This document shows, in pieces, positions 10,088-20,176 of a stretch of 64,000 bases of DNA. The DNA is taken from contig OY764216.1 in the NCBI GenBank assembly GCA_963668315.1, positions 4,992,001 to 5,056,000 on the forward strand. Reading direction: 5' to 3'. The stretch comes from Spirochaetia bacterium. Its GTDB lineage: Bacteria > Spirochaetota > Spirochaetia > DSM-2461. Position numbers and translations under genes: made by a program. Position 1 is the first letter of the stretch. The number at the start of each line of letters is the position of its first letter. The notes under the pieces are model-generated. The model did not search any database, was not told the DNA's origin, and was given only the letters and a program-made list of their open reading frames with translations.

Positions 10088-10827
10088 ACCTCCCCTGTGT
10101 TCCCGAGCCAGTCAAGAAAGACGGGGATATTTCTGTCCCAGGCATCCCAGTCGTGAATACCCCTTTCTTCCCGGAAGGTCACCGGGAGAGAGAGACCGTT
10201 CAGATGGTCCCGAAAGCGAAGATTATCCTTATAAAGGAAATCCTCGGTTCCGCAGAACTGGAAGAGCCGGGGGAGAGGACGGCCCTCCTCTTTTCTGAGG
10301 GCGGCCAGAGCGAAAAGATCATCCTGCGCCCCGGGGGTCTCCCCGAATATCAGCCCGAAGGTATCATTGCGCCTCTTCATAACGGGACTCTGTATATCGA
10401 CCGCCCCGGCAAAGGATCCGGCCGCGGCGAAGGAGTCGGGGAGGCGCAGGGCCAGCTTAAAAGCCCCGTATCCTCCCATGGAATCGCCGGCGACGAAATT
10501 ATCCTCCCGTTTATCGGAAAGGGGAAAAAAAGAGCGGGCCAGCCGGGGCAGTTCGTCGGAGACGAAGTCCCAGTAGGGACGGCCCTGCCTCATATTGGTA
10601 TAGTAACTGTTTTCCCCCTGGGGCATGACCACGGCCAGTCCCCTTTCGGCCACATACCGCTCCAGTGAAGTTTTCCTGCACCAGGCCGTGTGATCCTCGG
10701 TATAACCGTGAAGCAGCCAGAGGACGGGGCATTTACCTCCCGGGGGAATGTTATCCGGCAGGAGAACCGACATCGCGGTGGAGAGCTTTAAGGTTTCTGA
10801 GAAGAAACGGCAGGTAATGTGGGCCAA
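10084..10827 (-). CDS. Esterase-family alpha/beta hydrolase (tributyrin esterase / FrmB-like)
   Basis: LWLLHG, GDSMGGYGA, CGTEDFL, HDW. Confidence 0.88.
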   Translation of the reverse strand: MAHITCRFFSETLKLSTAMSVLLPDNIPPGGKCPVLWLLHGYTEDHTAWCRKTSLERYVAERGLAVVMPQGENSYYTNMRQGRPYWDFVSDELPRLARSFFPLSDKREDNFVAGDSMGGYGAFKLALRLPDSFAAAGSFAGAVDIQSPVMKRRNDTFGLIFGETPGAQDDLFALAALRKEEGRPLPRLFQFCGTEDFLYKDNLRFRDHLNGLSLPVTFREERGIHDWDAWDRNIPVFLDWLGNTGEV

Positions 10828-10980
10828 GGGATTCTCCTTTCGTTGCTTGGGAATGGGATTCTTTTCCCGGAAAGCATTCTACCATAACCGGATAATTATG
10901 AATACAAGTTTTTCACGGCACCATATTGCCATGAAATTATCTCTTATGACATAATTGTTAAAAATCAGAGGGGAAAAGGA

Positions 10981-12438
10981 ATGATATTTAAAAAAAAAGA
11001 GAAAACAGATGAAAAACCGGCCGGTTTGACAGGGGAAAAACGTTCCCCCGAACAGGACGAATCAGTATATCTTTCCCAGATAGTCGAGCACTTCAGGGAG
11101 ATAACCGGCGAGAATCCCGATCTATGCCGTCTGCTTTCCCGGGAGAATCCGGCTGCCGGAAACATCAATGACCATCTGGAAACGATGGAAGCCCGCTTCC
11201 GCCATCTTCTTGAAAATATGATACAGATAATCGGGAATGAAAAGGAGCTCTCCGGAACGGTGGGCCGCCTGGATGGAGAAGCGAAATCACAGCGGAGGAG
11301 CAGCTCCGAAATACTTAAAGAGGCTTCCTCCTTTTCAGACAGCCTCAAAGCCCTTCACCGCCATACTTCGGAAACGGCCAGAACGGCGGAGGAAGCCGTT
11401 CAGACCGCCGATGAAGGAGAGAAAGAGCTGACCGTGCTTCTGGGCCATATCGAGTCCATCGATTCCAATATGGATCAGACCTGGAGGGACATGGAGAAGC
11501 TGAACGAAGCCTCCTCTTCCATTAACGAACTGACGGCCATGATCAGCGATACGGCAGAGAGACTTCATCTTATCTCGATCAACACGGCCATAGAAGCGTC
11601 TAAGTCCAATAACAAAAGCTTTCAGGTCATCGCCAGGGAGATTCAGAAAATGGCGGGGGAGACATCGCAAACCGTTACCAGGGTGGACAGCATGATCCAG
11701 AATATCCTGGAAAGGACGAAAGAAGTGGAATCGGCCCTTCTGTCATCGAAGGACTCCACAAAAGTCTGCCTGGACCGGTCGGAAAATGTCAAAGATGCCT
11801 TCGGGGAAATCAACAGGACGAACGGCTGCCTGAAGAACGATACGGAGAAGATCCGGGACGAACTGGAAAGGGGAAACGAGTCGGTAGGAATTTTATTCGA
11901 TACATCGAAGCATATCTCTTCATCGGCGGAAGGGATCTCCGCCGAAGCGGATAAAGCCGCCGCCCTGTCGGAAAACCTGGTTGCCGTGGTGAATTCGGTT
12001 ATCACCGAAATCGGCTCCTACCGTCTTAAGTGGCACGGCCGGATAAAAAGCTACTGCGAGGAAGGTTCAGTCGATTTTACGTCGCTGAGCGACTACAGCC
12101 GGGAGAGTCTCGACCGTTTTCTGGAAAATTTTCTCTCCACCCGCCCCGGTTTTGAACTGGGCTATATCCTTGACAAGAACGGCCGTCAGGTCAGTTCCAA
12201 CGTGCAGCTGGCCGAAGGGGGCCATCTTACCCGGGAAGAAGGCTTCGGCATAGACAGAAGGGATAAAAACTATTTCATCCGCGCTATGGAGGAAAAGAAA
12301 GCCTATCTGACTGACATCTATCTCTCCTCCGCCACGGAAGAACTCTGCGTGACCGCGGCCATTCCGGCCGAAGCCGGAACAGATACTTACGTCATCGCCG
12401 TTGACGCCAATCTCAAGGGTCTGATAAAAACTGCCTGA
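10981..12438 (+). CDS. Soluble methyl-accepting chemotaxis protein with C-terminal Cache/PDC-like domain
   Basis: MCP hairpin LISINTAIEASK...FQVIAREIQKMA, no TM segments, C-terminal YLSSATEELCVT. Confidence 0.82.
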   Translation: MIFKKKEKTDEKPAGLTGEKRSPEQDESVYLSQIVEHFREITGENPDLCRLLSRENPAAGNINDHLETMEARFRHLLENMIQIIGNEKELSGTVGRLDGEAKSQRRSSSEILKEASSFSDSLKALHRHTSETARTAEEAVQTADEGEKELTVLLGHIESIDSNMDQTWRDMEKLNEASSSINELTAMISDTAERLHLISINTAIEASKSNNKSFQVIAREIQKMAGETSQTVTRVDSMIQNILERTKEVESALLSSKDSTKVCLDRSENVKDAFGEINRTNGCLKNDTEKIRDELERGNESVGILFDTSKHISSSAEGISAEADKAAALSENLVAVVNSVITEIGSYRLKWHGRIKSYCEEGSVDFTSLSDYSRESLDRFLENFLSTRPGFELGYILDKNGRQVSSNVQLAEGGHLTREEGFGIDRRDKNYFIRAMEEKKAYLTDIYLSSATEELCVTAAIPAEAGTDTYVIAVDANLKGLIKTA

Positions 12439-12694
12439 AGGTAGGAATAGGCAATCCCGGACCATACGCTCCCGTATGATTTGGAAAAAACGATGAGTGC
12501 AAGCAATCAAAGCAAGGCTCGTTTTTTTCTACCATGTAAATAATTATTTCTTTTGCAAAATGAGGTTATTTTCACTTTTACGATATTCGTAAATTTAAAG
12601 TTTTTTATTGGCATTATCCTTGCTTACATGTATAATGCAAAAAAATCAATTTATGTCCGTCTCCTATACAACATAGATGGACAAGGAGAAAACT

Positions 12695-14290
12695 ATGAAA
12701 AAAGCACTATTGATGCTGCTGGCCGTACTCTTGTGCAGTACCGGTCTTTTCGCCAACGGTAAAAGTGACGACAGCTCCTCCGCTGCCGATTCCAAATCTG
12801 GCGGCGTACTCGTTTTCGGTCGTTCCAATGACGCCGTCAGCCTCGATCCGGGCTGCGAAGACGACGGGGAATCCTTCTACCCCATCAGACACATCTACCA
12901 GGGTCTTGTATCCTTTAAGGCCGGAACAACCGAACCCGAACCCTGCCTGGCAGAAAGCTGGGACGTTACCGAGGGCGGACTGGTTTATACCTTCCACCTG
13001 AGAGAAGGGGTAAAATTCTCCGACGGTACCGACATGAATGCCGACGCCGTTGTTTTCTCCTTTGAAAGACAGTTCAAAGAGGACAATCCCGCCTTCAGCC
13101 AGGGCCCCTGGAAATACTGGGGCTACATGGATATGGACAACATCATCGACAGCGTTGTCGCCGTTGACGATCTGACCGTTAAGATGACCCTCAAGAAAGT
13201 GGAAGCCCCCCTTCTCAACAACCTCTGTATGGAGTTTGCCTCCATCGTTTCTCCCGCCGCTTCCGATAAATACGGCGATGACTTCAGAAACAACCCCGTG
13301 GGAACCGGTCCCTTCATGCTGGCCTCCTGGACCAAGGGTGATTCCATTGTCGTAGAAAGAAACCCCTACTACTGGGGAGAAGGCATACACCTGGACAGAA
13401 TCATCTTCAAGGTTATCCCCGATGCCACCGCCCGCTGGCTGGCCCTTCAGAAAGGCGAAGTTGATGTCATCGACCTCCCCTCCCCCGAAGATCTGGACGC
13501 CATCAGAGCCAACGCAGATGTGGATCTCGTTTCCGGCGCCGGCCTTAACGTAGGCTACCTGGCCCTCAATACCGCCAAGAAACCCTTCGACAACAAGCTG
13601 GTCCGCCAGGCCATCAACTACGCCATCAACAAAGAAGACATCATCAAGGGTGTTTACGGCGATTCCGGACAGGCTGCCAAGAACCCCATTCCCCCGACCA
13701 TGTGGGGATACAACGATGACATCGTACCCTATGAGTACAACCCCGCCAAAGCCAAGGAACTCCTGGCCGAAGCCGGTTACCCCAATGGTTTCGACACGGA
13801 ACTCTGGGCCATGCCCGTTGTCCGTTCCTACAACCCCAACGCCAAGAAAATGGCCGAGATCATGCAGGCTCAGCTGAAGGAAGTAGGCATCAACTGCGAT
13901 ATCGTATCCTACGAATGGGGTACCTACCTGGACAAAACCGACGTGGGCGAGCACGAAATGGCTCTCCTCGGATGGGGTGGAGACAATGGTGACCCGGACA
14001 ACTTTCTGTGGGTTCTCCTCTCCGAGCCTGCCGCTACTCCTCCCGCCGGAAACATCGCTTTCTGGAAAAATGCCGAGTTTACCGCTCTCTGTAAGGAAGC
14101 CAAGGAAACCGCCGACATGGCCAAGAGAACCGAGCTTTACAAACAGGCTCAGGTAATCTTCCACGAAGAGTGCCCCTGGGTTCCCGTAGCCCACTCCACC
14201 GACTACGTAGCCATGAAAAAGAACGTAAAAGGTTTCGTCATGAGCCCCCTGGCCAGACGCGAACTCTACCGCTGCTACCTGGAAGACTAA
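12695..14290 (+). CDS. dppA: Dipeptide/oligopeptide ABC transporter substrate-binding protein
   Basis: Family-5 SBP motifs LAESWDV, YTFHLREGVKFSDG, PVGTGPF, WAMPVVRSYNPNA. Start moved to MKKALL, after an AGGAG RBS. Confidence 0.9.
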   Translation: MKKALLMLLAVLLCSTGLFANGKSDDSSSAADSKSGGVLVFGRSNDAVSLDPGCEDDGESFYPIRHIYQGLVSFKAGTTEPEPCLAESWDVTEGGLVYTFHLREGVKFSDGTDMNADAVVFSFERQFKEDNPAFSQGPWKYWGYMDMDNIIDSVVAVDDLTVKMTLKKVEAPLLNNLCMEFASIVSPAASDKYGDDFRNNPVGTGPFMLASWTKGDSIVVERNPYYWGEGIHLDRIIFKVIPDATARWLALQKGEVDVIDLPSPEDLDAIRANADVDLVSGAGLNVGYLALNTAKKPFDNKLVRQAINYAINKEDIIKGVYGDSGQAAKNPIPPTMWGYNDDIVPYEYNPAKAKELLAEAGYPNGFDTELWAMPVVRSYNPNAKKMAEIMQAQLKEVGINCDIVSYEWGTYLDKTDVGEHEMALLGWGGDNGDPDNFLWVLLSEPAATPPAGNIAFWKNAEFTALCKEAKETADMAKRTELYKQAQVIFHEECPWVPVAHSTDYVAMKKNVKGFVMSPLARRELYRCYLED

Positions 14291-14402
14291 TTCTCACCAA
14301 TTCAGACGGCTGTCCCCGGGACGGCCGTCTTTCTTATGAAAGGGGTATGCCTTCCCGCAAGGAAGCCGCCTATCCCTTTCTTTCATATAAAAAGGTTAAG
14401 AA

Positions 14403-15416
14403 ATGCTACGTTTTATAATAAAAAGACTGGCCCTCCTGTTTCCCACGGTTTTCGGAGTGGTGACTCTGGTATTCTTCATGATTGCCCTGACACCGGGAGA
14501 TCCGGCGCGAGTCATGCTGGGAGAACGGGCCAGCGAAAAACAGCTGACCGAACTGCGCGCACAGCTGGGACTGGATAGACCTCTTACCGAACAGTACGGT
14601 CTCTATCTCAAAAGAATCGTCAGACTGGACTTCGGAAAGTCCATCCGCTCGGGTCAGAAAGTCGCCGAGGAAATCAAGACTTACTTCCCCGCCACCATAG
14701 AATTGACAATTTTCGCCATGATCATCGCCTCCATCCTGGGAATATGGATAGGGGTGCTCTCGGCTACTCATAAAAACACCTGGATTGACGTTGGCTCCAT
14801 GATGGGGGCCCTTGTGGGGGTCTCCATGCCCATATTCTGGCTGGCCCTGGTCATGATCATGATTTTTTCCGTGGGCCTGGATATCTTTCCCACGGGGAGC
14901 CGGATGAATGTGCGCTACTACTTCACTCCCAATACCAACTTCTACCTGATAGACACCTTCCCCTATCTTTTCAAGGGACATCCGGAGTATTTTCTTTCCG
15001 CCCTGCACCATCTGGTGCTTCCCTCCGTCTGTCTTGCCACCATCCCCCTGGCCATCATCGCCCGGACCACCCGTTCCTCCATGCTGGAAGTGCTGAAGCA
15101 GGACTACATCAAGACCGTCCGGTCCGCCGGAGTGAAGGAAAGCCGTGTCATCTACCGCTACGCCCTGCGAAATGCCCTTCTGCCGGTTATTACCGTCATA
15201 GGACTGCAGTTCGGCTACCTTCTGTCCGGAGCGGTGCTTACCGAGACGATCTTTGCCTGGCCGGGCATAGGAAAATGGCTCTATACGGCCATACAGGCCC
15301 GGGATTACCCCGCCGTACAGGGAGGTATTATCTTCATTTCCACCTCTTTCATTCTCATTAACCTGGTGGTGGATCTGCTTTACTCCCTCATCAATCCCAA
15401 AATCAGGCTATCCTAG
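14403..15416 (+). CDS. dppB: Peptide ABC transporter permease
   Basis: PGDPA, DFGKS, RSSMLEVLKQDYIKT, ETIFAWPGIG. Confidence 0.9.
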   Translation: MLRFIIKRLALLFPTVFGVVTLVFFMIALTPGDPARVMLGERASEKQLTELRAQLGLDRPLTEQYGLYLKRIVRLDFGKSIRSGQKVAEEIKTYFPATIELTIFAMIIASILGIWIGVLSATHKNTWIDVGSMMGALVGVSMPIFWLALVMIMIFSVGLDIFPTGSRMNVRYYFTPNTNFYLIDTFPYLFKGHPEYFLSALHHLVLPSVCLATIPLAIIARTTRSSMLEVLKQDYIKTVRSAGVKESRVIYRYALRNALLPVITVIGLQFGYLLSGAVLTETIFAWPGIGKWLYTAIQARDYPAVQGGIIFISTSFILINLVVDLLYSLINPKIRLS

Positions 15417-15425
15417 GAGGAATCG

Positions 15426-16313
15426 GTGTCATCAACAGCAGCACAGTCAACAGCAAAAGCACTGCCCAAAGACCATCCCATGGCGGAGCTTTTTTATCAG
15501 ATAAGACATAACAGAAGCGCCTCGATAGGCCTTTCTATCATCGTTTTTTTCATTCTCGTCGCCTTTTTCGCCCCCCTGCTGGCCCCCCATGATCCCATCG
15601 TGCAGGATATTTCCATGCGAAAGACCCCGCCTATGACGGCGGGCTATATTCTGGGAGCGGACGACCTGGGCAGGGATATACTGTCCCGCATTATCTACGG
15701 TTCCCGGGTTTCCATGATGATAGGAGTGGTGGCCGTGGGTATCGCCATCATATTCGGCTCCCTCATCGGAATCGTCTCGGCTTATTACGGCGGCTGGATA
15801 GACGTGATCATTATGAGGATCATAGACATCATGCTGGCCTTCCCTTTCATCATCCTGACCATCATCATCGTCTCCATAATGGGGCCCTCCCTTTTTAACG
15901 CCATGATCGCCATCGGCGTTTCCCAGGTGCCCCGATACGCCCGGGTTGTCCGGGCCTCGGTTCTCGCCGAAAAGGAGAACGACTACGTACTGGCCGAACG
16001 CTCCCTGGGAACGGGCGATCTGGAGCTGATGTTCCGGTCCATCTTCCCCAACTGTCTGGCACCCGTATCGGTCCAGGCCACTCTGGGAATCGGCTCGGCC
16101 ATCCTCGAATCGGCCGCTCTCTCCTTCCTGGGGCTGGGCGCCCAGCCGCCCACACCGGAATGGGGACTCATGATCTCCGACGGAAAGGAATTCATCACGA
16201 ACGCCTGGTGGATAGTCACCATGCCCGGTATCGCCACCCTGCTGGCCGTACTGGGGTTCAACCTGCTCGGCGACGGTCTCAGGGACATACTGGATCCCCG
16301 GCTTAAGGATTAG
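15426..16313 (+). CDS. dppC: Peptide ABC transporter permease
   Basis: LGADDLGRDILSRIIYGSR, LSFLGLGAQPPTPEWG. Confidence 0.9.
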   Translation: MSSTAAQSTAKALPKDHPMAELFYQIRHNRSASIGLSIIVFFILVAFFAPLLAPHDPIVQDISMRKTPPMTAGYILGADDLGRDILSRIIYGSRVSMMIGVVAVGIAIIFGSLIGIVSAYYGGWIDVIIMRIIDIMLAFPFIILTIIIVSIMGPSLFNAMIAIGVSQVPRYARVVRASVLAEKENDYVLAERSLGTGDLELMFRSIFPNCLAPVSVQATLGIGSAILESAALSFLGLGAQPPTPEWGLMISDGKEFITNAWWIVTMPGIATLLAVLGFNLLGDGLRDILDPRLKD

Positions 16314-16324
16314 GGAGGAAAGAC

Positions 16325-17323
16325 ATGTCAGACAAACCATTTATCAGCATCGAAAATCTGGAAGTCCAGTTCAAAACGCGCCGGGGCATCGTCAAGGCTG
16401 TCCGGGGCATCTCCTTCTCCATGGAAAAGGGCGAGACCCTGGCCCTCGTCGGCGAATCGGGCTGCGGAAAATCGGTTACGGCCCACTCCATCAATCAGCT
16501 TATCCCCATGCCTCCCGGCGAGATTACCGGAGGGAAGATCTTCTTCAAGGGGAAGAACCTGCTGGAAGCCGGTAAAAAAGAGATGGAGGCGATTCGGGGC
16601 CAGGAGATCACCATGATTTTCCAGGAACCCATGACCAGTCTGAATCCGGTCTTTCCCATAGGAGAGCAGATAGCGGAAGTCTTTATGACACACCAGGGCA
16701 TGAAGAAGAAAGAAGCCCTTAAAAAAGCGGTGGAGCTGCTGGATCTGGTCAAAATCCCCTCCCCGGCAAAACGGGCCCGCGACTACCCCCACCAGCTCTC
16801 CGGCGGTATGCGCCAGCGTGCCATGATAGCCATGGCCCTCGCGTCACCCGAGCCGGGGCTCCTGATTGCCGACGAGCCCACCACAGCCCTGGACGTGACG
16901 ATACAATCCCAGATCCTGGATCTACTCTCGGACCTGAACAAGAGGGTGGAAATGGCCCTGCTGCTCATTACACACGACATGGGCGTCGTCGCCGAAACGG
17001 CCGACAAGGTGGTCGTCATGTACGCCGGGAGGATCATGGAAGAGGGAACGGTCCATCATATATTCGACAATCCTTCCCATCCCTACACCCTGGGGCTTCT
17101 TAATTCCCTGCCTTCCAACAAAAAATACGAAGGCGCGACACGGCTGGAAGCGATAGAAGGCAGCGTTCCCGATCTTCTGACTCTGGGAGACGGATGTCCC
17201 TTTGCCAACCGCTGCCCCTATGCGGATGAAATATGCGAAGAAAGCTTTCCCGAACGGACGGTTCTTGAAGGAGATCACGCCCTCTCCTGCCATCACCATG
17301 AAAAAGCGGCGCGAGGTAAATAA
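16325..17323 (+). CDS. dppD: Peptide ABC transporter ATP-binding protein
   Basis: [30 protein letters not shown]. Confidence 0.9.
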   Translation: MSDKPFISIENLEVQFKTRRGIVKAVRGISFSMEKGETLALVGESGCGKSVTAHSINQLIPMPPGEITGGKIFFKGKNLLEAGKKEMEAIRGQEITMIFQEPMTSLNPVFPIGEQIAEVFMTHQGMKKKEALKKAVELLDLVKIPSPAKRARDYPHQLSGGMRQRAMIAMALASPEPGLLIADEPTTALDVTIQSQILDLLSDLNKRVEMALLLITHDMGVVAETADKVVVMYAGRIMEEGTVHHIFDNPSHPYTLGLLNSLPSNKKYEGATRLEAIEGSVPDLLTLGDGCPFANRCPYADEICEESFPERTVLEGDHALSCHHHEKAARGK

Positions 17324-17325
17324 TC

Positions 17326-18294
17326 ATGAGCATACTGACAGTTAAAGATCTGAAAAAATACTATACGGTCACCTCCGAAACGGGGGCCGAGAAAAAGACA
17401 CTGAAAGCGGTGGACGGGGTTAGCTTTACCCTGAAAAAAGGCGAAATCCTGGGCGTGGTGGGCGAATCGGGCTGCGGCAAATCCACACTGGGCAAAACCA
17501 TTCTCCGCCTTCACGACAAAAATGAAGGAGAAGTGATCCTCCAGGATCAGGATCTTTTCAATCTCTCCCCGGGTGAACTGAAAAAAACCCGCTTGAAAGC
17601 ACAGATGGTCTTTCAGGATCCCTTTTCCTCCCTCAATCCCCGGAAAAGGGTCAAGGACCTTATCGGCCAGCCCCTGCGTATTCACGGCTGGGGCAGCAAG
17701 GCAGAAATAGATGAGCGGGTTTCCTCCCTGATGGAGGAGGTAGGTCTCAACCCCCAGTACCGCACCCGCTTCGCCCACCAGTTCTCCGGCGGCCAGAGAC
17801 AGAGAATCGGCATAGCCCGCGCACTGGCCCTTAACCCGGAATTCATCGTATGCGACGAGGCGGTTTCCGCCCTTGACGTCTCGGTTCAGGCCCAGATCAT
17901 CAATCTTCTGCTGGATCTGCGGGAGAAATATAACCTGACATACATGTTCATCGCCCATGACCTTTCAGTGGTAGAGTTCATCTCCACCCGCATCATCGTC
18001 ATGTATCTGGGACGCATCGTCGAAATGGCCGATAAGGAGGAGCTGGTCAAATCCCATGTTCACCCCTATACCAGGGCCCTTTTTCAGGCGTTCCCCGCCG
18101 CAGACCCCTCTCAGAGGGAAAAGAAAGAGAAAGTGGTGGTAGGAGATGTCCCCTCTCCCATCGATCCGCCCTCGGGCTGTCATTTCCATCCCCGGTGCCC
18201 CTTTGCAGACGAAAAATGCCGCACCCAGTACCCTCCTTTGGAGGAAGTTGCGCCGGGTCATTTCTCGGCCTGCTGGAAGAACAAAACTTTTTAA
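17326..18294 (+). CDS. dppF: Peptide ABC transporter ATP-binding protein
   Basis: [29 protein letters not shown]. Confidence 0.9.
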   Translation: MSILTVKDLKKYYTVTSETGAEKKTLKAVDGVSFTLKKGEILGVVGESGCGKSTLGKTILRLHDKNEGEVILQDQDLFNLSPGELKKTRLKAQMVFQDPFSSLNPRKRVKDLIGQPLRIHGWGSKAEIDERVSSLMEEVGLNPQYRTRFAHQFSGGQRQRIGIARALALNPEFIVCDEAVSALDVSVQAQIINLLLDLREKYNLTYMFIAHDLSVVEFISTRIIVMYLGRIVEMADKEELVKSHVHPYTRALFQAFPAADPSQREKKEKVVVGDVPSPIDPPSGCHFHPRCPFADEKCRTQYPPLEEVAPGHFSACWKNKTF

Positions 18295-18313
18295 TTTTTT
18301 TTTGCGATAGCTG

Positions 18314-18342
18314 TTGACAGAAAAAATCCTTTTCTGTATTAT
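18314..18342 (+). promoter_or_regulatory. sigma70 promoter of the tRNA pair
   Basis: TTGACA-17bp-TATTAT. Confidence 0.75.
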
Positions 18343-18369
18343 AGCCAAGCACATTGAGAGTGCCCCCGA

Positions 18370-18443
18370 GCCCCGGTAGCTCAGTAGGATAGAGCAACTG
18401 CCTCCTAAGCAGTAGGTCATGCGTTCGAATCGCGTTCGGGGTA
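18370..18443 (+). tRNA. tRNA-Arg(CCT)
   Basis: Cloverleaf: GCCCCGG/TCGGGGT acceptor, ACTGC-CTCCTAA-GCAGT anticodon arm, TTCGAAT T-loop. No encoded CCA. Confidence 0.95.
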
Positions 18444-18465
18444 AAGCTCAAAGTAGCAAAAAAAT

Positions 18466-18539
18466 GGAGGCGTAGCGAAGCTGGTTATCGCGCCGGCCTG
18501 TCAAGCCGGAGATCGCGGGTTCGATCCCCGTCGCTTCCG
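18466..18539 (+). tRNA. tRNA-Asp(GTC)
   Basis: GGAGGCG/CGCTTCC acceptor, CCGGC-CTGTCAA-GCCGG anticodon arm, TTCGATC T-loop. Confidence 0.95.
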
Positions 18540-18542
18540 CAC

Positions 18543-18575
18543 AAGAGACTATCCCTGGATAGTCTCTTTTTTTTT
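18543..18575 (+). terminator. Rho-independent terminator after the tRNAs
   Basis: AAGAGACTATCC-ct-GGATAGTCTCTT followed by a T-run. Confidence 0.85.
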
Positions 18576-18730
18576 GCCCCCATAGTTTTGGGGAAATCCC
18601 CTCACTCCGCTTCTGCGGGGTCAGCCTTCGGCTCCCCTCCAATCCCTTTTCCTCCCTCATGAAAAGCCCCGAGTAAACAGTCTTAAGTCAAAACGATTAT
18701 ACACTATCGCCTAATGTTATTATAACGAAT

Positions 18731-19531
18731 TCATAAAGGACTCCTTATCCGGCTTAATCGGCTCTCTGCCATATGCAGGTAAACCATAGTCGAGCTAACC
18801 GACGAATGCCCCAGCATCTTCTTTATCGTCTTTACATCAGTCCCATTCTCCAGAAGATGGGTGGCAAAAGAGTGGCGTAAGGTATGACAAGTCGCTTTCC
18901 CTTCCAATCTCGATTTAAGGCAGGCCTTTTCAAATACTATCTGCAGCGTTCTAATGCTGTACTTCCTACCGTTTATCGACTTGAACAAATATTCTCGGGG
19001 CGATCTGTCGCCCATAAGATAAATAAGATCCTCCTTTAACGAGCGGGATATCAGCGTCACGCGGTCTTTCCTCCCCTTCCCCCTCCTCACGGTTAGAGTG
19101 AAACTTGCAAGATCCACGTCACGCACCCGTAAATCGACGACTTCGCTAACCCTGAGTCCGGACCCATATAGCATGGCAATCATCGTCCTATGCCTCAAAT
19201 TTTGCACAGAGGATAGGATAATCAGAATCTCTTCCCTCGAGAGAACGCGGGGCAGTTCTTTATTTCTTCTGGGTCTGTCAAGAACATAGGGACAATCCCT
19301 GTGAATAACCAACCTGTAAAAAGTTTTAATGCAGGCATAACATACCTTCACCGTAGCCGGCTTATCCTCATAAAGTTTCAGAAATCGGAAAATTTGCTCC
19401 CCGGGCTCATAATTATGTCTTCCCGCGAAAGACTCGAATTTATGGAAATAAAACAGATAAGCTCTAATCGTCTTAGCACTGTAATTGCGGATTTTCATCT
19501 CCGCCTCAAAGCGTTCCCCGTATTTAGTCAT
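18731..19531 (-). CDS. Integron-associated tyrosine recombinase (short, lacks the IntI-specific insertion)
   Basis: N-terminal RNYSAKTIRAY SAM-like domain. Catalytic R (GSGLRVSE), K (GKGRKDR), HxxR (HTLRH), H (LGHSS), Y (TMVY). Divergent from and adjacent to the cassette array. Confidence 0.9.
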   Translation of the reverse strand: MTKYGERFEAEMKIRNYSAKTIRAYLFYFHKFESFAGRHNYEPGEQIFRFLKLYEDKPATVKVCYACIKTFYRLVIHRDCPYVLDRPRRNKELPRVLSREEILIILSSVQNLRHRTMIAMLYGSGLRVSEVVDLRVRDVDLASFTLTVRRGKGRKDRVTLISRSLKEDLIYLMGDRSPREYLFKSINGRKYSIRTLQIVFEKACLKSRLEGKATCHTLRHSFATHLLENGTDVKTIKKMLGHSSVSSTMVYLHMAESRLSRIRSPL

Positions 19532-19580
19532 ATAAACTCCTGTTTTATTAAGCGCAGTTTTTTTGCTATTTCATGCAAAA

Positions 19581-19641
19581 TAACTGCGAACAGGAATATA
19601 ATATTGAAGGATTAATGAAATTCGCATAAGATACGTTAGAT
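19581..19641 (+). other. Putative attI-like primary recombination site (core GTTAGAT at 19635-19641)
   Basis: First GTTRRRY upstream of cassette 1. It is complementary to GCATCTAAC (20045-20053) at that cassette's end. Confidence 0.65.
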
Positions 19642-19662
19642 GCAACTTTTTTGAAGGATTGA

Positions 19663-20052
19663 ATGAGAAAAATAGACATTATACAAGAACTTAAAAATTC
19701 CAATTTAGACCTATCGAAGGTATGGACTTTATGTGGAACAGCAATGGTTTTACATGAATTGCGGGAAACAACATCTGACATTGATTTAGGGTGTTCATCT
19801 CAATATTTCAATGAACTTCTTAAAAATAACTTTCCTGTTAAAACCTGGGAGAATGGCGACCGTTCGATACATTACACTGGAAATATTGAGATATTTGAAG
19901 AATGGAATATAAACGAGAAAAATTATTTTGATGGCATTGCAACTTCATCTGTAAATGATCTAATAGAACAAAAAGAATCTTTAAACAGAGAAAAAGATAA
20001 AAAAGATCTAGAAGTTCTTTATGCTAAACGTCTCCAAAAAAGCAGCATCTAA
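19663..20052 (+). CDS. Cassette 1: small nucleotidyltransferase-fold-like hypothetical protein
   Basis: GTAMVLHELRETTSDIDL resembles the NTase G-x-A...DxD motif. The stop TAA lies inside the inverse core ATCTAAC. Confidence 0.6.
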   Translation: MRKIDIIQELKNSNLDLSKVWTLCGTAMVLHELRETTSDIDLGCSSQYFNELLKNNFPVKTWENGDRSIHYTGNIEIFEEWNINEKNYFDGIATSSVNDLIEQKESLNREKDKKDLEVLYAKRLQKSSI

Positions 20053-20137
20053 CAGACAATATATGCTCCGCTTCGCTGCGGTCTTCGACAAATCTATCAC
20101 TGCGTGATAGACTTCATATATCGTCGGAACGTTATAC
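20047..20137 (+). repeat. attC-like site 1 (short type)
   Basis: ATCTAAC...GCTTCGC...ACTTCATATATCGTCGGAACGTTATAC. Confidence 0.85.
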
Positions 20138-20176
20138 ACAATTTCTTTTTTGAAGATTTTTTTGGAGTATTTGTTG

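Noticed and set aside
12707..14194. Long antisense ORFs over dppA and other GC-rich genes (also 48625-49629 and 59635-61071)
   Set aside because: Shadow frames caused by codon bias; the opposite strand has clear family motifs.
18703..18730. dif-like sequence CTATCGCCTAATGTTATTATAACGAAT after the recombinase stop
   Set aside because: Only about 6/11 and 7/11 arm matches to E. coli dif with a 5-bp spacer, too weak to call.
18370..19531. Prophage or genomic island integrated at the tRNAs
   Set aside because: I saw no duplicated tRNA 3' end (attR) and no phage or conjugation genes; the cassette structure explains the region.
19532..19634. LexA/SOS box controlling the recombinase
   Set aside because: No CTGT-N8-ACAG or GAAC-N4-GTTC match; CTGT-N10-GCAG has the wrong spacing.
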